Of a DNA stretch of 64,000 nucleotides, positions 40,090 through 50,838 are shown one piece after another. The notes beneath the pieces are model-generated. The model was not told the origin of the DNA, searched no databases, and was given only the letters and a program-made list of their open reading frames with translations. The position numbers and the translations under genes were made by a program. Within the stretch, counting starts at the first letter, position 1. Each line of letters opens with the position of its first letter. Origin of the DNA: an uncultured Collinsella sp. (lineage in GTDB: Bacteria; Actinomycetota; Coriobacteriia; Coriobacteriales; Coriobacteriaceae); the NCBI GenBank assembly GCA_905209765.1, contig CAJLUE010000004.1:985-64984 (forward strand), given 5' to 3'.

Positions 40090-41993
40090 TAGCAGCCCTC
40101 CTCTCGCGCGACCGTCTTGGATTTGGCCTTGTCCGAGACGTTAGAAGAACCGTCTGAGCGACCGATCAGCAGGTCCACCAACTCGTCTGCCAGCGACTCA
40201 ACCGTATAGAGGCCGTCAAAGCGCAGCGGCACGCCTGCCTTCGCAAGCGCCAGCGCCATGCGCTGAGCGGCAGGTACGCCCAAGCCGATTGATTTAAGCT
40301 CATCCGCATGCGCAAACACCTGAGCGGGCGTGCCCTCGGCAAACACCGCACCTTTGTTCATTACGACGATACGGTCGCAGCAATTGGCCAGGTCATCCAT
40401 GCTGTGCGAAACCATGACGACGGTCAGGCCATCGCGGTGAAGTCGATCGATGAGCTCCAAGAAATCGCTGCGCGCCGCCGGATCGAGCCCCGCCATGGGC
40501 TCATCGAGTACCAGGACCTCGGGCTCCATGGCAAGCACGCCAGCAAACGCCACGCGCCGCTGCTGCCCGCCCGAGAGCTCAAAGGGGCTCTTGTCGCCCA
40601 CCGTGGCCAGGTCGAGGCCCACGCGCGCGAGCGATGACGCAACGCGGCGGGCAACCTCGGCCTGCGACAAGCCAAGGTTACGCGGACCAAATGCCACGTC
40701 CTGTGCCACGGTCTCGGCAAACAGCTGACGCTCTGGATACTGAAACACCACGCCGACCTTTGCCTTAACCGCGGCGGCATCTTTCTTGTTTGCCAGGTCG
40801 AGCCCCAATGCGTAAACGGAACCCTCCTGGGGACGAATCAGGCCGTTGAGATGCTGAACCAGCGTCGATTTACCCGAACCGGTATGGCCCGCAAGGCCCA
40901 GGAACTCGCCACGACGCACCGTTAGCGACACATCACGCAACGCCCAGGGGCTGCTCGGGTCGTTGCCCCAGAGGGCCTGTTTGTTCGATGCACCCTCGGC
41001 GGCTAAGCGCTTGTGCCAACGGCGACGCTCGCGGGCGCTCAGCGAATAGCTATACGAAAGGTGCGAAATCTCGATGACGGGCTGCAGCGCGTCTGCGCCA
41101 TCGATTGCAGAGGAGACGTTGTCGGGAATACGAGGATCGGATGCGAAAGGCCGCCCGGCGATGCCTGTCCTACTCCGCTCGGTATAAGCCTGCGCTATAT
41201 CGGCGACCATATCCGCCTCGCGCACCTGCGCGCAAATGGGCACGCCCTTCGCGCGAAGCGCCATGCCAAGACAGCACGATGCCGGCATATCCAGGTTCAG
41301 CCGTGCAAGTTCGTCCGCCCGCGTCAAGATCTCCTCGGGCGTACCGAGCATGGCAACGCGGCCCGCCTGGAAGACAGCAACGCGATCGGCCTCAGCGGCC
41401 TCTTCCATAAAGTGTGTAATCATCACGATGGTCATGCCGCGTTCGTGCAGCGCGTGACAGGCCTTCATAAGGCCCTTGCGCCCGCGCGGATCGAGCATCG
41501 AGGACGCCTCGTCCAAAATGAGCACGCGCGGCTCCATGGCGAGCACGCCGGCAAGCGCCACGCGCTGCTTTTGTCCGCCCGAGAGAGCGTGGGTCTCGTG
41601 GCGCTCAAAGCCCACCAGACCCACGGCCTTTAGCGCCTCGCGCACGCGCTGCGCGATCTGGGCCGATTCGACCCCTAAGTTCTCGGGACCAAACGCAACA
41701 TCGTCCTCGACAAGCGTCGCCACAAGCTGGTCGTCGGGATTCTGGAACACCATGCCCGCAGTCGAGCGGATATCGTAGACCAGCTCGGGATCGGACGCGT
41801 CCATGCCGTTGACGCACACCGTTCCCGCATCGGGCTGCAGCAGCGCGTTCAAGTGCTTGGCAAACGTAGACTTGCCCGACCCGTTTCCGCCGAGGATGCA
41901 GAAAAACTCGCCATCCTCTATGTTCAGATTGATGCCATCGAGCGCCGGTACAGCACCGTCATAGCTAAAGGAAACGCCCCGACACTCAATCAT
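40089..41993 (-). CDS. ECF transporter fused double ATPase (EcfA-EcfA')
   Basis: Two ABC domains: GNGSGKST/FQNPD/LSGGQKQR and GHTGSGKST/FQYPE/SPFELSGGQ. Confidence 0.92.
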   Translation of the reverse strand: MIECRGVSFSYDGAVPALDGINLNIEDGEFFCILGGNGSGKSTFAKHLNALLQPDAGTVCVNGMDASDPELVYDIRSTAGMVFQNPDDQLVATLVEDDVAFGPENLGVESAQIAQRVREALKAVGLVGFERHETHALSGGQKQRVALAGVLAMEPRVLILDEASSMLDPRGRKGLMKACHALHERGMTIVMITHFMEEAAEADRVAVFQAGRVAMLGTPEEILTRADELARLNLDMPASCCLGMALRAKGVPICAQVREADMVADIAQAYTERSRTGIAGRPFASDPRIPDNVSSAIDGADALQPVIEISHLSYSYSLSARERRRWHKRLAAEGASNKQALWGNDPSSPWALRDVSLTVRRGEFLGLAGHTGSGKSTLVQHLNGLIRPQEGSVYALGLDLANKKDAAAVKAKVGVVFQYPERQLFAETVAQDVAFGPRNLGLSQAEVARRVASSLARVGLDLATVGDKSPFELSGGQQRRVAFAGVLAMEPEVLVLDEPMAGLDPAARSDFLELIDRLHRDGLTVVMVSHSMDDLANCCDRIVVMNKGAVFAEGTPAQVFAHADELKSIGLGVPAAQRMALALAKAGVPLRFDGLYTVESLADELVDLLIGRSDGSSNVSDKAKSKTVAREEGC

Positions 41994-42580
41994 GCGCGGC
42001 CTTTGACCTGGTCCTTCTTGGGCGTGATGAGATTAGAGACCGCCTTGTACACCGCCAGCGTCAACACCGAGTTGAGCACGGTCTTGATGAGGTTGAACGG
42101 CAGCACGGCGGGAATCATGAGCGGGGCAATTACATCGGCCGAGCCATACCAGAACCAAACGCCGATAGTCAGGTTCGCGACCATGGACAGCGCCGTAGCG
42201 GCAATGACGCCGAGCGCCAGGCCAATCACGGCACCCTTGTAGGTGTGCATCTTTTGGTAGACGATCGCCGCGGGCAAAATAAAGCCCAGCGTAGCAACCA
42301 GGTTCATAAGCGCGCCGACCCAGTCACCCGTGGTAAGCGCATGGATAACGATCGCCATAGCGGCAACAGCGGTGCCGGCACCAGGGCCATACGCAAATCC
42401 ACACACCATCGCCGGCACCAGCGACGGGTCATACGTCAAAAACGGCGCCGAAGGAAGGATGGGCAGCTGCACATACATAAACAGCGCTCCCAGGGCGCAC
42501 ATCAACGCCATGGTAACGAGCTGTTTGGTGCTCCACCTATTCGTGTTCTCAAAATGGATATGCTGCGACTGTTCAGACAT
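41990..42580 (-). CDS. ECF S component, RibU-like (probably riboflavin)
   Basis: P..PFL.YDPS.VP, GP..G, PFNLIK motifs; directly under an FMN riboswitch. Confidence 0.85.
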   Translation of the reverse strand: MSEQSQHIHFENTNRWSTKQLVTMALMCALGALFMYVQLPILPSAPFLTYDPSLVPAMVCGFAYGPGAGTAVAAMAIVIHALTTGDWVGALMNLVATLGFILPAAIVYQKMHTYKGAVIGLALGVIAATALSMVANLTIGVWFWYGSADVIAPLMIPAVLPFNLIKTVLNSVLTLAVYKAVSNLITPKKDQVKGRA

Positions 42581-42589
42581 AAGATCACC

Positions 42590-42776
42590 TGCCTCTTTCA
42601 TCCGGACTCTAACCGTTGGTACTGGGATCTCACCAGTTCAGCCGGCATGCGAACCAACACACGCACGGGTCGCGGACTCATCGGCTCGGCCGCAAACATC
42701 TCGTCTGCGCCACGGCACCCCTTTGGCACCGCCCGATTTACCGCCAGTGGGGAATTTCACCCCGCCCTGAAACAGC
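42590..42776 (-). promoter_or_regulatory. FMN riboswitch (RFN element)
   Basis: Minus strand: TTCAGGGCGGGGTGAAATTCCCCACTGGCGGTA...AGTCCGCGA...GAACTGGTGAGATCCCAGTACCAACGGTTAGAGTCCGGATGAAAGAG. Confidence 0.95.
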
Positions 42777-42834
42777 AATTGCAAGTGTAGCACCAGTAGG
42801 CTTTCGCGCAAGTATGCCAAGGGTAATTTATGGC

Positions 42835-43002
42835 GGGGATCAGTTGCCGCAACAGCCACGTTCCCCACCCATCCCAAAGTACTGTGCTTTTCGCGGCAAA
42901 GCCGCGAAACAGCAAAAGGGACAAGTCACCGCAACAGCCACATCTCCCACTCATCCCAAAGTAACGCGCCTTTCGCGCAAAGCGCGAAACAGCGAAGGGG
43001 AC
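42835..43002. repeat. Tandem ~81-bp direct repeat, two units plus the start of a third
   Basis: Shared ccgcaacagccac...catcccaaagta...tttcgcg(g)caaag(c)cgcgaaacagc; each unit starts GGG(G)A(T/C). Confidence 0.8.
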
Positions 43003-43060
43003 ACGTATCCCTATCAACCACGTCCTTCTCCGCCCGCCGACTTCAAGGCCGTAAACGCAG

Positions 43061-43202
43061 GGGATCCGGGGGCGTGACGGGGTTTCTCTCCGGAACATTC
43101 CGCAGGACGCAAAGAGGCTCCGCAGCGCGAAGCGCGATGCGGAGCCTCTTTGCATGTCCGAGGACGTTCCGGAGAGAAACCCCGTCACGCCCCCGGATTC
43201 CC
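43061..43202. repeat. 142-bp long hairpin downstream of groEL
   Basis: tccgggggcgtgacggggtttctctccggaac matches its inverted copy; inner gcaaagaggctccgca / tgcggagcctctttgc; apical GCGAAGC. Confidence 0.85.
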
Positions 43203-43228
43203 GGTGGGAGTTCTAGACCTTGTCGGCC

Positions 43229-44944
<1,716 letters not shown>

Positions 44945-44962
44945 TCAGAGATTCTGACGAGA

Positions 44963-45256
44963 CTAGGCCTCGACGACAGCGTAGATGTCGTCGGCGCGCA
45001 TCAGCAGATACTTCTCGCCGTCGACCTTGACCTCGTTGCCACCGAACTTACCGTAGATGACAACGTCGCCGACCTTGACGTCCATGGGGATGCGCTCACC
45101 CTTGTCGTTGACCTTGCCGGCGCCCACGGCAACGATGGTGCCGCGCTGCGGCTTCTCCTGAGCGTTGCTGGCGATATACAGACCAGAAGCGGTCTTCTGC
45201 TCGGCCTCGTCGGGCTTGACCAGAACACGATCTGCAAGCGGCTTCAAAGACGACAT
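44963..45256 (-). CDS. groES: Co-chaperonin GroES
   Basis: LKPLADRVLV, TASGLYI, AQEKPQRG, VGAG. Confidence 0.98.
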   Translation of the reverse strand: MSSLKPLADRVLVKPDEAEQKTASGLYIASNAQEKPQRGTIVAVGAGKVNDKGERIPMDVKVGDVVIYGKFGGNEVKVDGEKYLLMRADDIYAVVEA

Positions 45257-45381
45257 GCTTGTCTCCTCCTTTTTGGGCCGCGCGGTTATACCACGCGAAT
45301 TAACCCTTTTTGTTTGCGTACGCGTTGAATGGTACCCACGAATGGCGGGTTATACAACACGGAGTCAAAAAATCTTATTTT

Positions 45382-45408
45382 TTGGCACTTAGATTTTCTG
45401 AATGCCGG
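45382..45408. promoter_or_regulatory. Degenerate CIRCE (HrcA operator)
   Basis: TTGGCACTT-N9-GAATGCCGG vs consensus TTAGCACTC-N9-GAGTGCTAA, about 125 bp upstream of groES. Confidence 0.55.
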
Positions 45409-45912
45409 GGGATAACTTAGCGGTGGCTCCCGTGTGGCTGCGGAGGGGCGGGGCATAAGGTTTCCTGCTCGGGCAGTCCTGCTCGCACGAAGGCCACATT
45501 AAGTGGCCTTCGGCTCGTGCGGAACTCGCGACAAACTTCATGCCCTCCGGTCCGCCCCGGGAGCCAGGTTGACTAACTCGGGCCCGGCATTCAGAAAGTC
45601 AGTGCAGCAAAATGGCGATGCGGATGTCGGCATGGGCATGGTTTTCGCCACGCGCACGGGTCCCCCAGGGAGCACCGTGCATTTTTGGGAGTATTCAGCA
45701 GACCAGGACGGCTGCATACGCACTGGACATTCCTTATTGGTCCCAAGGACGCCTTCAGCGGGCGATTTTGGTCGGTGGGCAGACCCCTTTGGGACAAATG
45801 GGCATACTTCGCGCCGTACCAGACCACAAAATGTCATCGAGCTCCGCGATACTACCCGACTGCAGCGGCGCCGGCGGGGCTTGCGTTGCTGAATACTCCG
45901 TTTTTTGCACGG
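45395..45912. repeat. Cluster of nested inverted-repeat elements
   Basis: 15-bp perfect IR 45395-45409/45583-45597; 13-bp perfect IR 45688-45700/45887-45899; no credible ORF. Confidence 0.65.
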
Positions 45913-46168
45913 CCCAGGCGGGGGTACATCAGGACCAGAAAGAACATCCCAGCCTTTTTATGCAATCTGCAATGGAAAGTATGCAAAACACCAAGAGACC
46001 GCATTGCTGATGTCCAAATTAAATGCGCGGGGCAGCGGCGCCCCACCCCACGCTCAAATCAAGCAGAGCAGGGACGCTCATAGTGGGTCCCCACCGATAT
46101 ACAAACGCGGCTCGAGCGCCATCCCAAAATAGGCTGCCCGAGCCGCGTTTAACGGTACGGCATGAATA

Positions 46169-47806
46169 TTAACGCTCGTAGATTAAGTTGCCTGCCAGGT
46201 AGGTGGCCTGGACCTTGGTGGCTTGCAGCTCTTGGGGGTCAATGGTGAGCGGGTTTTGGTCCAAGACTACCAGGTCGGCGTATTTGCCGGGTTCCAGGCT
46301 GCCGAGGTTTCGCTCGTCGCCTGCCGCGTAGGCGCTGCCCAGGGTGTAGTTGCGCAGGGCCGTTGCCGCGTCGATGCGCTCGCTGGGAAGCCAGCCGCCC
46401 TCGGGCCAGTGGCTGCGGGGGTCTTGGCGCGTGATGGCCGTGTAGAGCACGTTCATGCTGGTAACGGCTGTGATGGGGCTATCGGTACCGAAAGCTTGGC
46501 GGATGCCGCGCTGCTTATAGGTCGCAAACGGCCACATGATGCGGCTGCGTTCCAGGCCCAGGTCGCGCTCCGGGCCACCCGGGTCGAGCGTGATGTGGCA
46601 AGGCTGGCTCGAGGCAATGACGTTGAGCTTGCGCAGGCGATCGATGTCCTGGGGCAGCAAATTCTCCAGATGCTCGAGCGTGTTATGACCGTGCGACGGC
46701 AGACCGTAGAGCTCTGCCGCCTCCTCAAAGATATCGAGCGCAGCATGGATGGCACCGTCGCCGATAACGTGGATGCGCACGGTATGGCCGCGCTCGGCTG
46801 CCGCCAGAACCAACTTGCGCATGCGCTCGACAGGAACCGTCAGGCGACCCTGGTCGCCCGGGAAGCGCGGGTTGGTATAGGGCTCAGTGAGGTATGCCGT
46901 GTGTTCGCTCGAAACGCCATCGAAGAACTGCTTAAAACCCGGCGCCGAAAGCAGCGCGTTGTTCGCGTAACGCACCTGCAGCTCTTCTAGACGCGACTGG
47001 TCATCCAGCAGCGTGGGGAACAGATGGGCACGAATGCCCAGCCTACCGGCCGTCTGCAGTTTGTCGTAGACATCGTCGCGGATAAAATCGCAGCCTGGCA
47101 TGGGCATGAGCGACATATCGCAGATCGAGGTGATGCCCTGCTCGGCCATGCGCCTCATTTGATCGGCGTAAGCGCTTGCGATGCGATCTTCGCCCAGCCA
47201 CTCAAGGCAGCGCGGCAACAGCTGCATGGCAGCTGCCTCGTGGGCGATACCCGTAAGTTCACCGTTTGAGTCTTTGTCATAACTGCCACCCGCCGGAGGC
47301 TCGCTGTCGCGCGTCACGCCGAGGGCTTCGAGTGCGCGGCTGTTGAGCCACAGGGTATGCCCATCGCCCGAATACATAACACAGGGGCGATCGGGGAAGG
47401 CGGCGTCGAGGGAGGCCTTGGTAGGGTGCTCGGGCGGATCCCAGCGGTAATCGCGCCAACCCTGGGTCACGACCCAGGCGTCGTCGGGCAAGCCTTGGGA
47501 AAACTCGAGCGCATGCTGCACCAATGCTGCCTCGGACGTGCCCATATCCATAAGCATGTACGGCGAGGAGCCAACCGAGGTATGGAAGAAATGCAAGTGC
47601 GCATCGTGGAAACCGGGGCAGACAAACTGCTCGCCGTAATCGACCACCGGCGTGGCGGCAGGTGCGGCGGCAATCACGTCATCGGGCGCACCGACTGCGA
47701 CGATGCGATCGCCCGAGATGGCAATCGCCAGCTCGCGGGCGGTATCGATACCGTCTTGGGCGGTAAAAACGTTCTTAGAGCGGATAATCCGATCGATATG
47801 TTGCAT
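46169..47806 (-). CDS. Metal-dependent amidohydrolase (Amidohydro_3, YtcJ-like)
   Basis: PGFHDAHLH, GH..WLNS.AL, KQFFDG, HVIGDGA, EHLE, FGTDSP, GSLEPGKYADLVVL; start reassigned to MQHIDR (alternatives 47812, 47818). Confidence 0.9.
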   Translation of the reverse strand: MQHIDRIIRSKNVFTAQDGIDTARELAIAISGDRIVAVGAPDDVIAAAPAATPVVDYGEQFVCPGFHDAHLHFFHTSVGSSPYMLMDMGTSEAALVQHALEFSQGLPDDAWVVTQGWRDYRWDPPEHPTKASLDAAFPDRPCVMYSGDGHTLWLNSRALEALGVTRDSEPPAGGSYDKDSNGELTGIAHEAAAMQLLPRCLEWLGEDRIASAYADQMRRMAEQGITSICDMSLMPMPGCDFIRDDVYDKLQTAGRLGIRAHLFPTLLDDQSRLEELQVRYANNALLSAPGFKQFFDGVSSEHTAYLTEPYTNPRFPGDQGRLTVPVERMRKLVLAAAERGHTVRIHVIGDGAIHAALDIFEEAAELYGLPSHGHNTLEHLENLLPQDIDRLRKLNVIASSQPCHITLDPGGPERDLGLERSRIMWPFATYKQRGIRQAFGTDSPITAVTSMNVLYTAITRQDPRSHWPEGGWLPSERIDAATALRNYTLGSAYAAGDERNLGSLEPGKYADLVVLDQNPLTIDPQELQATKVQATYLAGNLIYER

Positions 47807-47974
47807 GGGCATCCCCATCTCTGGCAGGAAATTCAACACCTCCGAGTGTACTCTCCCGCCCTTGTGACAAAACCCCAAGCGGCAAACGGCAACTTTACCA
47901 GCCCTAGCGGCAGGTGGCATACTGGAGAGAGCCTGTACGATTTTGCGATCAACCCAGCAAGGAGCAAATCGACC

Positions 47975-49438
47975 ATGACGAAGACCAAGGCACAGCAAAT
48001 TATGGCGGCAACCGAGGTTCGCGCGGCAGACGACGTCACCGCGGCCATCCGAGATATCGCCGCCGAGTTTGAACCCTACATCATCAAGCAGCGCCGGCAC
48101 TTCCATAAGCACCCGGAGCTGAGCCTTGCCGAGGAGCGCACGACTTCCGACATCGCCAACCAGCTCGACGCCATGAATATCCCCTACGAGCGTCCGCTCA
48201 AGACGGGCCTGGTGGCGACGCTTCGCGGTACCGCGCCCGATGCCTACCGCGAGGACGGCACGCCGCGCCGCCGCATCCTGCTGCGCGCCGACATCGACGC
48301 CCTGCCCGTTACCGAGCAGACCGGCGAGGAGTTTGCCAGCGTCAACGAGGGCTGCATGCACGCCTGCGGCCACGACTGCCACATCGCCATGATGCTCGGC
48401 ACGCTGCAGATCCTGCGCCATATGACCGACGACATCCACGGCGAGGTCCGCATCGTCTTCCAGCCCAGCGAGGAAAACGGCCAGGGCGCCAAGCTCATGA
48501 TCGGCACGGGCGTGCTCGACGGCGTCGATGGTGCCTACGCCGCGCATATCTGGAGCGAAGTCGACGCCGGCACCGTGAGCTGTGAGCCCGGCCCGCGCAT
48601 GGCAAACACCGACTGGTTCCGCATCGATGTCCGCGGCACCTCGTGCCATGGCGCCATGCCCCAGCGCGGCCACGACGCCGTTATGGTGGCTGCCGAGATC
48701 GTCAACGCCCTGCAGACCATCGTCTCGCGCGAGATCAGCCCCTACGAGCCGGCTGTCATCACCGTCGGCGAGCTGCACGGCGGCACCGCGCGCAACGTTA
48801 TCGCCGGCACGGCCTACCTCGCCGGCACGGTGCGCACCTATGGCGACAAGACGCACGAGGAAATGCCCGAGCTTATGCGCCGCATCGTGGAGCACACCGC
48901 GGCAGCCCTGGGCGCAGAGGCCGAACTTACCGACTACACCATCGCCAACTACAAGGTCGAAAACGACGTCGCCTCGAGCGAGCGTTGTCGTCAGGCCGTG
49001 GTCAAGTGCTTGGGCCCCGCGGGCGAAGGCCATTATCGCGGCACGCTTTCGGGCGAGGACTTCTCGGAGTACCTGCGCCGCGTGCCGGGCGTGCTCGCCT
49101 TTGTTGGCACGCGCAACCCCCAGATTGGCGCCACGTACGCCCAACATTCTTGCTTCTATAAGATCGACGAGAGCGTGCTCGCCAAGGGCTCCATGGTAGC
49201 CGCTCAGTATGCCATCGACTTTTTGGCCGAGCCCACGCAAGAGGAGCTCGACGGCCCCACGATCGCCGCGGTTGCCGAGACCAACCCCGACTTGGCCGCC
49301 AAGCTGCGCTCTGCCAAGGCCACGGCCGCTGAGGCGCGCGACGCCATGCACGATGCTCGCACCGCCCGCCATGCTGCAATCAAGGGCATCCACGATGCGC
49401 GGGCTGCCGCTCGCCACGAGGAAAAGCGCGACGAGTAG
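47975..49438 (+). CDS. M20D family amidohydrolase with a C-terminal helical extension
   Basis: RRHFHKHPELS..E, LRADIDALP, MHACGHD.H, FQPSEE, HGAMP, GEDFS; ATG 47975 with RBS AAGGAG. Confidence 0.92.
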   Translation: MTKTKAQQIMAATEVRAADDVTAAIRDIAAEFEPYIIKQRRHFHKHPELSLAEERTTSDIANQLDAMNIPYERPLKTGLVATLRGTAPDAYREDGTPRRRILLRADIDALPVTEQTGEEFASVNEGCMHACGHDCHIAMMLGTLQILRHMTDDIHGEVRIVFQPSEENGQGAKLMIGTGVLDGVDGAYAAHIWSEVDAGTVSCEPGPRMANTDWFRIDVRGTSCHGAMPQRGHDAVMVAAEIVNALQTIVSREISPYEPAVITVGELHGGTARNVIAGTAYLAGTVRTYGDKTHEEMPELMRRIVEHTAAALGAEAELTDYTIANYKVENDVASSERCRQAVVKCLGPAGEGHYRGTLSGEDFSEYLRRVPGVLAFVGTRNPQIGATYAQHSCFYKIDESVLAKGSMVAAQYAIDFLAEPTQEELDGPTIAAVAETNPDLAAKLRSAKATAAEARDAMHDARTARHAAIKGIHDARAAARHEEKRDE

Positions 49439-49544
49439 CCGTCACGCCCATCCATAACAGCCTGGCTAAAGCAAAGCGGGGGCGGACGTTATCTCAACGT
49501 TCGCCCCCGCTTATGTGTCGACCGTTTTTCTAGCGCGTCCTCCG

Positions 49545-50021
49545 TCACGCCAGGTAAGAGCGAAGGATGGTGAGCCAGCGTGGGGGTTCGAGGTGGATGA
49601 TATCGTCGGGAACTCCGGCGGGCGCATAGCCGCCAAAGAGCAGACCGGCATCTGCCGGATTGACGAGGCGCACGATCCATACGACGACGACCAGCACGCA
49701 CAACACGGTGACCGCAATGTCGATACCACGCTTTAGCTTGCTCGATGCCACCTCCTCGCGCACGAACGCGAGCACAAACGCAATCGGCACCACCCAAAAC
49801 AGCGGATGGTAGGCAAAGGCAGCCGCATAATCGAGGCGCAGCGCCGCCAGCCACGCCCTCGTCATGCCGCATCCCGGACAAGGAATGCCCGTCATCAATC
49901 GAAAAATGCAGCCAATGTCGAGCAGGTAGAGCGCGAGCCAGGCGACAAAGAGCGCGCCGGTGCAAAAAAGGGCGCGGCGAAGGAGCTCTGCCGTGCCCCT
50001 ATGTCCCTGGAAGCTGTTCAC
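49545..50021 (-). CDS. DUF2752 family membrane protein
   Basis: CIFRLMTGIPCPGCGMTRA...AF.YHPL signature; start (GTG 50021) uncertain. Confidence 0.8.
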   Translation of the reverse strand: MNSFQGHRGTAELLRRALFCTGALFVAWLALYLLDIGCIFRLMTGIPCPGCGMTRAWLAALRLDYAAAFAYHPLFWVVPIAFVLAFVREEVASSKLKRGIDIAVTVLCVLVVVVWIVRLVNPADAGLLFGGYAPAGVPDDIIHLEPPRWLTILRSYLA

Positions 50022-50034
50022 GCCGCCCTTATTG

Positions 50035-50643
50035 TTAGGCACGAGCGCCAAGGCGAGTGTTGTAAGCCGTTGCCATGGCATTGGTATTATTGATGACGAT
50101 GTTCATAGCGAAGATGGGACCAAGGCCGCACAGGAGCGCGCCGAAGATCTGCCACAGAAGAACGGTGGTGCCGTTTTCCTGGAACACCAGGCCGTAGCGA
50201 GGAGCGTTGGCCTGCAGGCGGTTGCCAATCTTGTAATACCAGTAGTACGCGTAGAAGCCGCAGGTCACAAACGATAGAAGGATGAATTCCGCCAGACCCG
50301 GCGTGTAATCGCCGTCATCCTGACACAACGTGTTGACGTCGCGTGCCAAGCAATACAGGAAGTAGAACGAATAGATACCGCAGGTCACAAGAGAGAGCAG
50401 CAGCCAGCCGATCAGGCTGCGGTCAGCCTTAATGGGGTCATAGCCCATCGGAGCGGATGCGGACTGTTGGGCGTATTGACCGGTGTACTGCTGCTGAGGC
50501 TGGGGCGCGGGCTGAATAGCCTGGGCCGGAGCAGGCTGGGGCTGCGGGGCCGCAGCGGCAGAAGCGGCACCAACGGCGGATCCGCAAACAGGGCAGAATT
50601 TGGCATCATCCGAAATGGGAGAACCACAAGTGGGACAGAACAT
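50035..50643 (-). CDS. Zinc-ribbon + DUF4234-like membrane protein
   Basis: CPTCG...CPVCG, P/Q-rich linker, two LS.VTCG.Y..Y repeats. Confidence 0.8.
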   Translation of the reverse strand: MFCPTCGSPISDDAKFCPVCGSAVGAASAAAAPQPQPAPAQAIQPAPQPQQQYTGQYAQQSASAPMGYDPIKADRSLIGWLLLSLVTCGIYSFYFLYCLARDVNTLCQDDGDYTPGLAEFILLSFVTCGFYAYYWYYKIGNRLQANAPRYGLVFQENGTTVLLWQIFGALLCGLGPIFAMNIVINNTNAMATAYNTRLGARA

Positions 50644-50838
50644 GAGCCTCTCCTTTTCCTAAGGCGTCGCACGCCTTCAAACCTTACACGTCTACGTTCT
50701 CAACAATAGCCGCGACGTTGTTGCGCAACATTGACCAATTTCCGAGAAATTTTGCTGCAACCGTTTTCCCAGGCATTTTCTTGCTTTCGCAGTAGAAAAA
50801 GGCACCCCGGGCTCAGTTGCCCAGGGCGCCTCGACCGG

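Noticed and set aside
42835..43002. Possible mini CRISPR array
   Set aside because: The units are similar along their whole length, with no unique spacers and no cas genes.
45503..46132. Several short ORFs upstream of groES
   Set aside because: No homology cues, atypical codon usage, and the region is explained by inverted repeats.
47922..47970. GGAGAGAGCC...AAGGAGCAA resembling a glycine riboswitch
   Set aside because: It lacks the CCGAAG and CTCTCAGG core, and AAGGAG is just the RBS of the M20 gene.
46169..49417. 1082-aa ORF suggesting a giant fused amidohydrolase, and the reciprocal 693-aa ORF 47357-49438
   Set aside because: Each extension is the stop-free antisense of the neighbouring divergent gene. 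Homology motifs start at about 47806 (-) and 47975 (+), each with its own RBS.
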